This document shows, piece after piece, positions 36,696-45,244 of a stretch of 64,000 bases of DNA. A program made the translations under genes and the position numbers. The stretch comes from Candidatus Bathyarchaeota archaeon. Its GTDB lineage: Archaea; Thermoproteota; Bathyarchaeia; TCS64. Under the pieces are notes generated by a model. The model ran no database searches and was not told the DNA's origin. It worked only from the letters and a program-made list of their open reading frames with translations. Within the stretch, counting starts at the first letter, position 1. Every line of letters begins with the position of its first letter. The stretch is taken from the NCBI GenBank assembly GCA_018652685.1, contig JABIBQ010000066.1, forward strand, positions 701 to 64,700. The letters are read 5' to 3'.

Positions 36696-36737
36696 CTTTA
36701 CTACCTTTTTTAATCTGGGAGGAAGTATTCCTCCGTT

Positions 36738-37172
36738 ATGAGCAGGCTCTACCCAGAACGCCCCATTCCTGGAGTGGCGGCAGTCATTGTTCGTGGGCGG
36801 ATGGTTCTTCTGGCTGAGAGGGGAAAGCCCCCGAGCCTGGGCAAGTGGGGCATCCCGGGTGGGGCGGTAGAGGTAGGTGAGACTCGCGAGGAAGCAGTAG
36901 CTCGTGAGGTTCTTGAGGAGACAAACGTGGTAGTCAAGCCGGTCGAGTTGCTTGAAATATTCAACTCAATCAGCAGCGACGACGAGGGCATAGTTAGACA
37001 TCATTACATTCTGTTCGAATACCTTTGTGAGTACGTCTCGGGTGAGGTTATCCCAGGCACTGATGCCCCTGACGCCCGCTGGGTACCCATCGATGATCTT
37101 GGCTCAGTGAATATCATGCCATACACCCGCAGGTTCATTGAGAAGGTCTTGACGGAACGTGGATTATTTTAA
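36738..37172 (+). CDS. Nudix hydrolase
   Basis: Nudix box PGGAVEVGETREEAVAREVLEET. Confidence 0.92.
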   Translation: MSRLYPERPIPGVAAVIVRGRMVLLAERGKPPSLGKWGIPGGAVEVGETREEAVAREVLEETNVVVKPVELLEIFNSISSDDEGIVRHHYILFEYLCEYVSGEVIPGTDAPDARWVPIDDLGSVNIMPYTRRFIEKVLTERGLF

Positions 37173-37216
37173 CAAATGGTTAAATACTACTGAGTTGGGT
37201 TACCATTTGGTACAAC

Positions 37217-37447
37217 ATGGTCAATATTGATGTAGAACTAGACTGCAAGGGTATGTACTGCCCTATGCCAATTGTCAAGCTCAAGAAAGCAACGAAGATA
37301 ATGGAGTCGGGACAGCTACTAAAACTGGTAGCCACTGACCCAGGGAGCGTTAGGGACGTTCCCGCGTGGGCAAAAAAGACAGGCGCAGAGATCATCGAGA
37401 CAACCGAGTCTGACGGTGAGTACGAGTTTATAATCAAGGTGAGTTAA
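37217..37447 (+). CDS. tusA: TusA/SirA family sulfur carrier
   Basis: LDCKGMYCPMP (CPxP), ATDPGS..D..AW. Confidence 0.93.
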   Translation: MVNIDVELDCKGMYCPMPIVKLKKATKIMESGQLLKLVATDPGSVRDVPAWAKKTGAEIIETTESDGEYEFIIKVS

Positions 37448-37449
37448 AA

Positions 37450-37869
37450 ATGACTGAAAAAATGAAACACGCATACGTCGTCCACAGCGGGACACTAGAT
37501 AAACTATACCCAGTATTCATGCTGGCAAGCACAGGAGGAGCCATGGACGCGGAGGTACATCTGTTCTTCACGTTCTGGGGTCTTGATGCGGTCAAGAAAG
37601 GCGGACTGGACAAGGCAAAGCTCCCAGGAATCATGAGCGTGGGCACTGGCATGATGAAGGGAAAGATAAAGAAAGTAGGCGTTCCGAGCCTACCAGAGCT
37701 TCTAAAGATGTGCAGGGACACGGAGAATGTAAAGATCTACGCATGCAGCACAACCATGGCGATGATGGATGTCAAGGAAGAAGATCTCATCGACGAGGTT
37801 GACGAGATCGTGGGAGCGGCCACGTTCCTAGACCTCGCTATGGACGCACAGGTCCAGATGTTCATCTAG
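37450..37869 (+). CDS. DsrE2/DrsE-like sulfurtransferase family protein
   Basis: SGTLDK, A....AM, LFFTFWGL, IYACSTTM..M, GAATFL. Confidence 0.9.
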   Translation: MTEKMKHAYVVHSGTLDKLYPVFMLASTGGAMDAEVHLFFTFWGLDAVKKGGLDKAKLPGIMSVGTGMMKGKIKKVGVPSLPELLKMCRDTENVKIYACSTTMAMMDVKEEDLIDEVDEIVGAATFLDLAMDAQVQMFI

Positions 37870-37877
37870 GTGAACAC

Positions 37878-38243
37878 ATGGGACGTATGATGATGCTCCT
37901 CTGTGAGTCTCCCTTCCAGAATGAGAGCGTGGACCACGTTCTCGGTCTGAGCAAGGCGGCCATTGCGAAGGGGCACGACGTCGATATCTACCTCATGATG
38001 GACGGGGTCTACGGGCCTGTCACGTCACAGAGCGGGGACCCATTCCACATGGACAGCGTCAGCGACAGCCTCAAGGAGCTTGTCGAGCTTGGTGTCACTA
38101 TTAGCGGGTGCAGGGTCTGCATGGAGCTGAGGGGCATCAACGAGGGGATGATTCCGGAGGGTGTCGATATCGGAGGAATCTTTGACCTTGGCGAAATGGT
38201 CGCCGAGGCGGATGTGGTATTGAGCATGACGGGGGCGAGATGA
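37878..38243 (+). CDS. DsrE/TusD-like sulfur relay protein
   Basis: SPF, A...GH.V.IYL..DGV, CRVC..LRG, L..MV.EAD.V. Confidence 0.85.
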   Translation: MGRMMMLLCESPFQNESVDHVLGLSKAAIAKGHDVDIYLMMDGVYGPVTSQSGDPFHMDSVSDSLKELVELGVTISGCRVCMELRGINEGMIPEGVDIGGIFDLGEMVAEADVVLSMTGAR

Positions 38244-38579
38244 TTGGAGAAAGACATATTGATCGTGATCAAGTCAGCCCCTTTCAGGAATCTCAACTAT
38301 TATGAGGGGCTGAGGACGGCCGCAGGGCTCTGGGATCATACGGTCAAGATTCTCTGGACTGGGAAAGGTGTGTTTGGCTCACTGAACATGGTGGACAACA
38401 CTCTTACAAAGAAGTTTCTAGCAGATCTGCCTGACATTGATATCGAGATGTACGTGGACGAGGTTGCCCTAAAGGAGAACGGATTCAGCGAGGATGACCT
38501 TGTGGATGAGGTCGAGATCGCCGACAAGGAGAAAATCAGTGACCTAATCGAGGGGGCCGAGGCCAGCCTCGTGTTCTAG
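38244..38579 (+). CDS. DsrF/TusC-like protein
   Basis: I.SAPF......EGLR.A.G, G.GV, YVDE.AL...G, C-terminal LVF. Confidence 0.85.
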   Translation: MEKDILIVIKSAPFRNLNYYEGLRTAAGLWDHTVKILWTGKGVFGSLNMVDNTLTKKFLADLPDIDIEMYVDEVALKENGFSEDDLVDEVEIADKEKISDLIEGAEASLVF

Positions 38580-38587
38580 GTGATAAT

Positions 38588-38860
38588 ATGAAGCTAATAA
38601 TTCTAAACACCAATGATCGAGACATTCTTGAGAAAGCGATGTCAGCGGAATCCGACCTGTTTCTCATGCACGAAGCCACACTCTTCTGTAACAGCGGAAG
38701 AAAGGACGTGCCTGAGTTCGGGGATAGGAAAGTGTACGCCCTCAAGGTTGACCTTGAGAAGCGTGGACTTGCCGAGAGGATGGTTGACGGTGTCGAGCTT
38801 ATCGACTATGATGGCATGGTAGATCTGTTATTCAGCGAATACGAAGTAGTGAACCTATAA
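38588..38860 (+). CDS. DsrH/TusB-like protein
   Basis: VYALK.DLE.RGL, IDYDGMVDL. Confidence 0.88.
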   Translation: MKLIILNTNDRDILEKAMSAESDLFLMHEATLFCNSGRKDVPEFGDRKVYALKVDLEKRGLAERMVDGVELIDYDGMVDLLFSEYEVVNL

Positions 38861-39312
38861 TGACGCACAGAAACGACCATGACGCGGAGATACTGAGGCT
38901 GCTTACTAAGGACAGCAGGCAGAGTTTCCGCGAGCTTGCCAAGCAACTGAATATCAGTCATGTCAGCGTGTCCTCTAGGGTCAAGGCATTGGAGGAATCA
39001 GGGGTGATAATGGGTTATACGAGTATAACCGATCCCGATAAACTGGGTTATTATCCTCTCTGCCTCAGGATCGCCGCCTCACAGGGTTGTGACTTGAGTG
39101 AGATAGGAGACGAGGTTGCGGATCACCCTGAGATCAACGTAGTGATGCGTGTCTCAGGGGACTGCGAGCTCCTTGCATTAGCGATGTGTGAGACACGGGA
39201 GTCCGCGCTGGTCCTGCTTGACAAGATCAACAAGATCGAGGGAATCGCAAGGGCTGAGAGCCATATCGTACTTGAGGCCATCAAAATGGGTGGCATAAAG
39301 CTCAAACCCTAA
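38860..39312 (+). CDS. Lrp/AsnC family transcriptional regulator
   Basis: D..IL.LL..DSR.SFRELAK.L..S...V..RVK.LEE.GVI.GY; TAATG overlap with dsrH-like gene. Confidence 0.93.
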   Translation: MTHRNDHDAEILRLLTKDSRQSFRELAKQLNISHVSVSSRVKALEESGVIMGYTSITDPDKLGYYPLCLRIAASQGCDLSEIGDEVADHPEINVVMRVSGDCELLALAMCETRESALVLLDKINKIEGIARAESHIVLEAIKMGGIKLKP

Positions 39313-39356
39313 TTTTTCGTTTATTTTATCCATCCACAGGGCTCATAGTTGTTACT

Positions 39357-41429
39357 ATGTATCGTGTTAGCGTCGATGTGGGCGGAACTTTTACTGATCT
39401 GGTTGCCCTCGATGAGGTTTCTGGTGAGATAATCAACATCAAGACTCCGTCTGTTCCAAAGAATCCTGAGCAGGGGGTAGTGAACGCGGTCAATATGTTC
39501 CTCGGTGAGCATCCACCTGGATCAATCAAGATGATCGGGCACGCCACCACTATCGCCACTAACGCACTGTTTGGGCAGGTTGACCTTGAGCTCCCGAGGA
39601 CCGGCCTATTGACCACATCTGGTTTCCAGGACGTCATCGAGATTGGCCGTCAGAGGAGGGCCGAGGTCTACAACCTGTTCTTCGAGAGGCCTCCGATGTT
39701 GGTAAAGAGAAGACACAGGTACATCATCAAAGAGAGGATTTCACCTAAAGGAGTAATTGAAGGTAATATTAACCATAAGGAGCTGGAATCCATTATCCAG
39801 AAGATCAGAGAGGACAGGATAGAGTCCCTCGCGGTCGGTTTCATCAATAGTTATGCCAACACGACGCATGAGACTTTTGTAAAGGAAGCCCTGCTGAAAG
39901 CCATTCCAGGGCTTCAAGTTACTGCGAGCCACGAAATAAGCAACGAATACAGGGAATACGAGAGGTTCAGCACCGCTGTTGTCAACGCCGCATTGATGCC
40001 CGTCATCCACACGTACATCACCCAGCTGGAGGAAGACCTGAATGGTCTCGGTTTGGACACACAGCTCTATGTGATGCAGAGCAACGGCGGGCTTGCCCGC
40101 AGCAACGTGGTGAGCATGAAGCCAGCCACCATAGTCGAGTCTGGACCAGCTGCAGGAGTCATCGCGGCGGCGTGGCTTGGGGAGATGACTGGGGTCAGGG
40201 ATATCATAAGCTTCGACATGGGAGGTACAACCGCCAAGGTTGGCACGGTTAGGGGCAGGATACCTGAGGTTGTTCCAGAGTACGAGGTTGCCGGTACTAT
40301 CCACATGGGCAGGCTGGTCAAGGGAAGCGGCTACCCCGTCAGGTTCCCGTTCATCGACCTCGCGGAGTGTAGCGCGGGGGGCGGAACCATTGCAAGGGAG
40401 CATAACGGCTCGCTTCAGGTGGGGCCAATCAGCGCCGGGGCCCTCCCTGGACCTGCCTGCTATGGCAGAGGAGGCTCCGAGGCCACCATCACTGACGCGA
40501 ATCTTGTTTTGGGGAGGCTGAATCCAGGTGAGTTGCTTGGAGGGGAGATGAAAGTTCACCCAGGGAACGCCGAGAAGGTTTACAGAGAGCTTGGTTCAAG
40601 GCTTGGAGTTGACGAGTACGAGGCGGCTGTGAGCGTTATTAGGATCGCCAACAGCATGATGGGTAAGATTCTCAGGATCGTATCAGTGGAACGGGGTTAT
40701 GACCCAAGGGATTTCTCGCTTGTCGCCTTCGGCGGCGCGGGGCCGATGCATGTCTGCGCCCTCGCAGAGGAGCTTGAGATCAACAGGGTCATGCTTCCGA
40801 GAAACCCTGGTATGTTTAGCGCCCTTGGGTTGCTGACGGCAGACCTTTTCCATGATTACAGCAACCCGGTTCTATCAGAAACTGATGATGTTGACTCCGA
40901 TTCGGTCGAAGAGCTTTTCCTAATGATGGAAGAACGGGGAAGGGGAACGCTTGAGCTTGAGAGTGTTCCAGAGTCAAGGCACAGGTTCCTGAGGACCCTT
41001 GACATGAGGTACAGGGGACAGGGATTCGAGCTCAACGTTGAAACAAGTGGGCGGTTCACGGTGGAGAGCATCAAGGATGTGTTGACCGGGTTCCACGGGA
41101 AGCACATGGAGGTATACGGATACATGGACGAGGGCGAGTCCGTGGAGATAGTGAACGCGAAGCTCAGGGCGATAGGTCTACTTGAGACCCCCGGCCTGGT
41201 TGATAGGGGATTAATGGGGAGGTCTAACCCGAGGGAGACGAGAAGAGTCTACTTCGAGTCACTAGGTGACTGGGCGGATACCGGGGTTTATGATCGAAGA
41301 GGCTTGGGGAAGGAGGTTGAGGGACCAGCCATCGTTGAGCAGTACGATTCAACGACGGTTGTCTACCCCGGATGGACTCTACGGCAGGATTGTAATGGTA
41401 TCATGTCCCTGAGGAGGATCAGGAAATGA
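39357..41429 (+). CDS. Hydantoinase A / 5-oxoprolinase ATP-binding subunit
   Basis: DVGGTFTD, EYREYER.ST..NA, SGPAAG, FDMGGTT, AGA.PGPACYG.GG, FGGAGPMH. Confidence 0.95.
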   Translation: MYRVSVDVGGTFTDLVALDEVSGEIINIKTPSVPKNPEQGVVNAVNMFLGEHPPGSIKMIGHATTIATNALFGQVDLELPRTGLLTTSGFQDVIEIGRQRRAEVYNLFFERPPMLVKRRHRYIIKERISPKGVIEGNINHKELESIIQKIREDRIESLAVGFINSYANTTHETFVKEALLKAIPGLQVTASHEISNEYREYERFSTAVVNAALMPVIHTYITQLEEDLNGLGLDTQLYVMQSNGGLARSNVVSMKPATIVESGPAAGVIAAAWLGEMTGVRDIISFDMGGTTAKVGTVRGRIPEVVPEYEVAGTIHMGRLVKGSGYPVRFPFIDLAECSAGGGTIAREHNGSLQVGPISAGALPGPACYGRGGSEATITDANLVLGRLNPGELLGGEMKVHPGNAEKVYRELGSRLGVDEYEAAVSVIRIANSMMGKILRIVSVERGYDPRDFSLVAFGGAGPMHVCALAEELEINRVMLPRNPGMFSALGLLTADLFHDYSNPVLSETDDVDSDSVEELFLMMEERGRGTLELESVPESRHRFLRTLDMRYRGQGFELNVETSGRFTVESIKDVLTGFHGKHMEVYGYMDEGESVEIVNAKLRAIGLLETPGLVDRGLMGRSNPRETRRVYFESLGDWADTGVYDRRGLGKEVEGPAIVEQYDSTTVVYPGWTLRQDCNGIMSLRRIRK

Positions 41430-43084
41430 TTGATTACACAACCGTTGAGGTCATCAAGGGTGCCCTCATCTACGCGGCAGAGGAGATGGGCATCTCACTC
41501 AAGAAGTCGGCGTACAGCCCCAACATCAAGGAACGTATGGACCACAGCTGCGCGCTCTTCAGCCACAACAGGGAGCTCATTGCTCAGGCGGAGCACATCC
41601 CGGTACATCTTGGCTCATTGGCGTTGGCGATAAAGCTGGGCCTGGAGGAGTACGAGGGGGAGTTAAACCAAGGGGACATGCTACTTCTCAACGACCCCTA
41701 CATCAGCGGCACCCATCTGCCTGACCTGACGCTCATTGCGCCAGTCTTCCACGATGGGAAGATAATTGGGTACGCGGCCAACAAGGCGCACCACACCGAT
41801 ATCGGGGGGAAGACGCCGGGAAGTCTCGCGCCGGACTCCACCGAGCTGTATCAGGAGGGTTTGGTCATTCCCCCAGTCAAGTTTGTCAGGGGAGGGGTGG
41901 TAGACAAGGAGCTTTCAAAGCTTATCCGGAGCAATGTTAGGACACCGGACGTCCAGATGGGCGATCTCAGGGCCCAGATAGCTGCCAATTACACTGGGAT
42001 TAGGAGGGTGCTTGAGCTTGTGGACCAGTACGGTGTTGAGACACTTCACTCTGCGATGTCCCAGATTATGGACTATAGTGAGCGGCGCATGAGGCAGGAG
42101 ATTTCAGCCATGCCTGATGGCGTCTACGAGGGGTTTGATTATCTGGAAGATATCCCGCGAATGGGGATGGATGTCGAGATAAAGGTCAGTGTGACCAAAA
42201 AAGGGGACTCATTGACGTTCGATTACGTTGGCACCTCTCCGCAGGTGGAGAGCCCAGTCAACGCCCCCCTCGGCGTGACCGTCGCGGGCATCTACTATAC
42301 ACTCATCAGCACAACGGACCCCACAATTCCTGTCAATGACGGCTGCTTCAGGCCCATCACCCTCAATGTCCCGTTGGGATGCATGATGAACCCCAACAGA
42401 CCGGCACCTGTTGCTGGTGGAAACGTTGAGACCAGTCAGAGAAACGTGGACGTCATCATGAGAGCGCTCAGTAAAATGATACCTGACAAGGTGCCAGCTG
42501 CCAGCCAGGGGACCATGAACAACATCACCATAGGAGGGATACTTGACAACGGTGAGCCTTGGACCTTCTACGAGACAATAGGCGGCGGAAACGGCGGTCG
42601 GCCCGTGAGTGACGGCGTTGACGGGATCCACATCAACATGACCAACACCATGAACACGCCCATCGAGACCTTGGAGGCTTACCTGCCGTTCAGGTTCAAG
42701 GCGTACAGGCTCAGGCCCGACAGCGGTGGTCCGGGGGAGTTCAGGGGAGGGTGCGGCATCGAGCGGGTCTGGACTCTCACAAGCGAAAAGGCCACGTTGA
42801 GCATCATGGCGGAACGGAACAAGATCAAGCCCTGGGGGCTAAAAGGGGGCCACGGAGGCACGCTGGGTGAGTTCATCCTCGTCAAGAAGGACGGAACGGA
42901 GACAAAGCTGCCGTCGAAGGTCACGGTCGAGCTCTACAGGGATGACACTCTCATCATCAGGACTCCTGGAGGGGGAGGTTACGGTGACCCGAGGGATAGG
43001 GCTCCTGAGAAGGTGAGGGAGGACGTGATGAACGGGCTTGTAAGTTTGGAGTCAGCCAGAGATATCTATGGTCTGAAAGACTAG
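41426..43084 (+). CDS. Hydantoinase B / 5-oxoprolinase subunit
   Basis: SPNIKER.D.SCA, HIPVHLG, NDPY..GTHLPD, AHH.DIGG..PGS, NT.NTP.E, TPGGGGYG. Confidence 0.95.
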   Translation: MIDYTTVEVIKGALIYAAEEMGISLKKSAYSPNIKERMDHSCALFSHNRELIAQAEHIPVHLGSLALAIKLGLEEYEGELNQGDMLLLNDPYISGTHLPDLTLIAPVFHDGKIIGYAANKAHHTDIGGKTPGSLAPDSTELYQEGLVIPPVKFVRGGVVDKELSKLIRSNVRTPDVQMGDLRAQIAANYTGIRRVLELVDQYGVETLHSAMSQIMDYSERRMRQEISAMPDGVYEGFDYLEDIPRMGMDVEIKVSVTKKGDSLTFDYVGTSPQVESPVNAPLGVTVAGIYYTLISTTDPTIPVNDGCFRPITLNVPLGCMMNPNRPAPVAGGNVETSQRNVDVIMRALSKMIPDKVPAASQGTMNNITIGGILDNGEPWTFYETIGGGNGGRPVSDGVDGIHINMTNTMNTPIETLEAYLPFRFKAYRLRPDSGGPGEFRGGCGIERVWTLTSEKATLSIMAERNKIKPWGLKGGHGGTLGEFILVKKDGTETKLPSKVTVELYRDDTLIIRTPGGGGYGDPRDRAPEKVREDVMNGLVSLESARDIYGLKD

Positions 43085-44271
43085 TCGAAGTAGCTTTTCA
43101 TCGCGACCACGATGACGGTACAGACCAGGGTGAAAGCCGCACTGATGTAAAAGACCCAGTCGATGGATGCCACAGTCAGGACTCCGCTCATGACGAACAT
43201 CCCCACTGAGCCGCCCAGGCTCAGGATCATACCCCAGACGCCGGTGGCCGAGCCCCTGTCCTCGACCGGTAGTGCCTCCATTGTGGCTGCCTGGGTAACC
43301 GGGAATACCAGTACGGCGCAGACGCCGAGCACGGCGTTGAGCACGGGGAGCATCCACAACGATGACGCGACGGGGACGAGTGCAAAAGCTACTACGCTTA
43401 CCCCCAGCCCGACCACGATTGGTAGGAATCTTCCAACCTTGTCAGAGAGTTTCCCGACTATGGGCAGGCTGACGGCTATCATGAGGCTGTTTGCCGTTAA
43501 TGTGATCCCGATTATGAACTCGTCATAGCCCCTTCCGGCTCCAAGCATGGGAATGAACGTGAACAGCCCGAAGTGGCAGAAGGCGTGGGCGAAGACCGCG
43601 AAACTTGAGGCGAGGACTTTCCTGTTGGATAGTAGTCGTCTCATGGTAGTGGGGAACTCTTTGATTATCTGCCTGGCCTGTTCCGTGGGATTCATGGGGC
43701 ACGAGTCCCGCCTGTCGTCCTCTGTGTACCTCCACGCGACGAAGAAACCGATGCAGGTAATCACCCCGGAGATCACGAACAATGGCCTGTACCCTGAGAA
43801 CTGACTCGCGATGAATCCGCCCACGATTGGTCCGATGACGCTGCTCACCGCCCAGCTGAGGTGGAACTTGCCCATGGCCTCCCCTGCCTTCTCAGGCGGG
43901 AAAACCTCGCTTGCCAATGCCTCGCTCGGTGGGAAGTAGATGCTGAGTGCCAATCCGCTGGCCATCATCGCGGCGACCGGTATCCAAGGATCCGTCGCAA
44001 CGCTGTACATGAAGGGTACCAGAGCGAACAGGGCCAATCCGAAGAGCATCATATTCTTCTTTCCGAGGCTGTCGCTGATGGTACCCGCTGCGAGCCTGAG
44101 GAATGTCTGGATGATGTTTCTGATATTGTAGATAAGCGTGAGCACAGCGGCACTGACCCCAAGACTGCTTATGAACTGGGGCTGGAAACTCATGGGTATG
44201 GTCTCGCCGAACATGGCGAAGAATGTAGCCATGAATATAGCCCAGAAGATTCGTTGTTGCTTTTTCTCCAA
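43081..44271 (-). CDS. MFS transporter
   Basis: About 12 TM; G.ISDSLGKK and GKLSDKVGR motif A; EDRGSA.G. Confidence 0.92.
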   Translation of the reverse strand: MEKKQQRIFWAIFMATFFAMFGETIPMSFQPQFISSLGVSAAVLTLIYNIRNIIQTFLRLAAGTISDSLGKKNMMLFGLALFALVPFMYSVATDPWIPVAAMMASGLALSIYFPPSEALASEVFPPEKAGEAMGKFHLSWAVSSVIGPIVGGFIASQFSGYRPLFVISGVITCIGFFVAWRYTEDDRRDSCPMNPTEQARQIIKEFPTTMRRLLSNRKVLASSFAVFAHAFCHFGLFTFIPMLGAGRGYDEFIIGITLTANSLMIAVSLPIVGKLSDKVGRFLPIVVGLGVSVVAFALVPVASSLWMLPVLNAVLGVCAVLVFPVTQAATMEALPVEDRGSATGVWGMILSLGGSVGMFVMSGVLTVASIDWVFYISAAFTLVCTVIVVAMKSYFD

Positions 44272-44367
44272 AGATGCTCACGTGATAGGCATGGGAATAC
44301 TTGTGCTCAATTTAAACCATCCCCAACCCGAACGATTATATTCAGCCTTCCGTGGTTTCTCCATGAT

Positions 44368-44613
44368 ATGTGTCTAGCGGTTCCAGGTCTGGTTGAGAGC
44401 GTTGACGGAAGGATGGCCATCGTTGATTTCGGTGGCGTTAAGCGTGAGGCCATCATTGACCTCATGGAGGAGGGAACCATTGTGCCCGGCGTCTATGTAT
44501 TAGTACACACTGGTTTTGTCATCCAGAGGCTGGAAAAGGAGGAGGCTCTTGAGACTCTGGCGATTTGGCGTGAGGTGCTCACCGCTCTCGATGAGCCTGA
44601 AAAGGTAGTTTAG
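44368..44613 (+). CDS. hypC: [NiFe]-hydrogenase maturation chaperone HypC
   Basis: MCLAVPG...A.VDFGGV.RE...G.YVLVHTGF; real start at ATG 44368 inside a longer ORF. Confidence 0.95.
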   Translation: MCLAVPGLVESVDGRMAIVDFGGVKREAIIDLMEEGTIVPGVYVLVHTGFVIQRLEKEEALETLAIWREVLTALDEPEKVV

Positions 44614-44653
44614 ATACACCTATATCCGAGGATTCATTTTTTGAATCGATTCT

Positions 44654-45184
44654 ATGGTTGATTACTGGCGGGACTTTGACAGCGGCCCCAACGCGCCTGA
44701 CACGATCTACGTGGTAACTGAGATCCAGAGGAACAGCCGCAACAAGTACGAGTACGACGCACGCATGGGCGTGTTCAAGCTCAACAGGGTCCTTTACACG
44801 TATTACCCGGCAGACTATGGTTTCATTCCCAGGACACTGGACGATGACGGTGACCCACTTGACGTTGTACTGTTAATCAACGAGCCTACCTTCACAGGAT
44901 GCGTCACCGTCGCACGACCTGTAGCTAACATCAAGATGATCGACGACAAGGCACAGGACGACAAGATCGTTGCGGTCAGCACCACAGACCCGTTCTACAA
45001 GCACATCAAGAACATTGACGATCTACCTAGGAGCGTTATCGACGAGCTCACCTACTTTTACAACAACTACAAGAGGGCTGAGGGAAAAATCACTGAGGTT
45101 CTGAAATGGGAGGACGCCGACGAGGCGAAGGAGCTCATCGAGTGGTCGAGAGGCCAGTACGATGAGAAAGAGGGAACTGCCTGA
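44654..45184 (+). CDS. ppa: Family I inorganic pyrophosphatase
   Basis: EI....RNKYE, YP.DYGFIP.TL.DDGDPLD, D....DDK. Confidence 0.96.
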   Translation: MVDYWRDFDSGPNAPDTIYVVTEIQRNSRNKYEYDARMGVFKLNRVLYTYYPADYGFIPRTLDDDGDPLDVVLLINEPTFTGCVTVARPVANIKMIDDKAQDDKIVAVSTTDPFYKHIKNIDDLPRSVIDELTYFYNNYKRAEGKITEVLKWEDADEAKELIEWSRGQYDEKEGTA

Positions 45185-45244
45185 ATTGAATAACTCTTCT
45201 CTAAAACCCTATATTCACTCGTCCACTGGTTCTATTAGCTCCGG

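Noticed and set aside
37217..38860. Possible selenocysteine/pyrrolysine read-through in the sulfur-relay or redox genes
   Set aside because: The catalytic positions are ordinary Cys codons and the ORFs are full length; no in-frame TGA/TAG at a conserved site was seen.
39741..40559. 272-aa antisense ORF inside hydantoinase A, and many similar shadow ORFs
   Set aside because: Fully overlapped by well-supported genes, no recognisable motifs, and expected from codon bias.
43861..44367. 250-aa ORF appearing as a HypC fusion
   Set aside because: The upstream part is the antisense shadow of the MFS gene; HypC needs an N-terminal Met-Cys, found at 44368.
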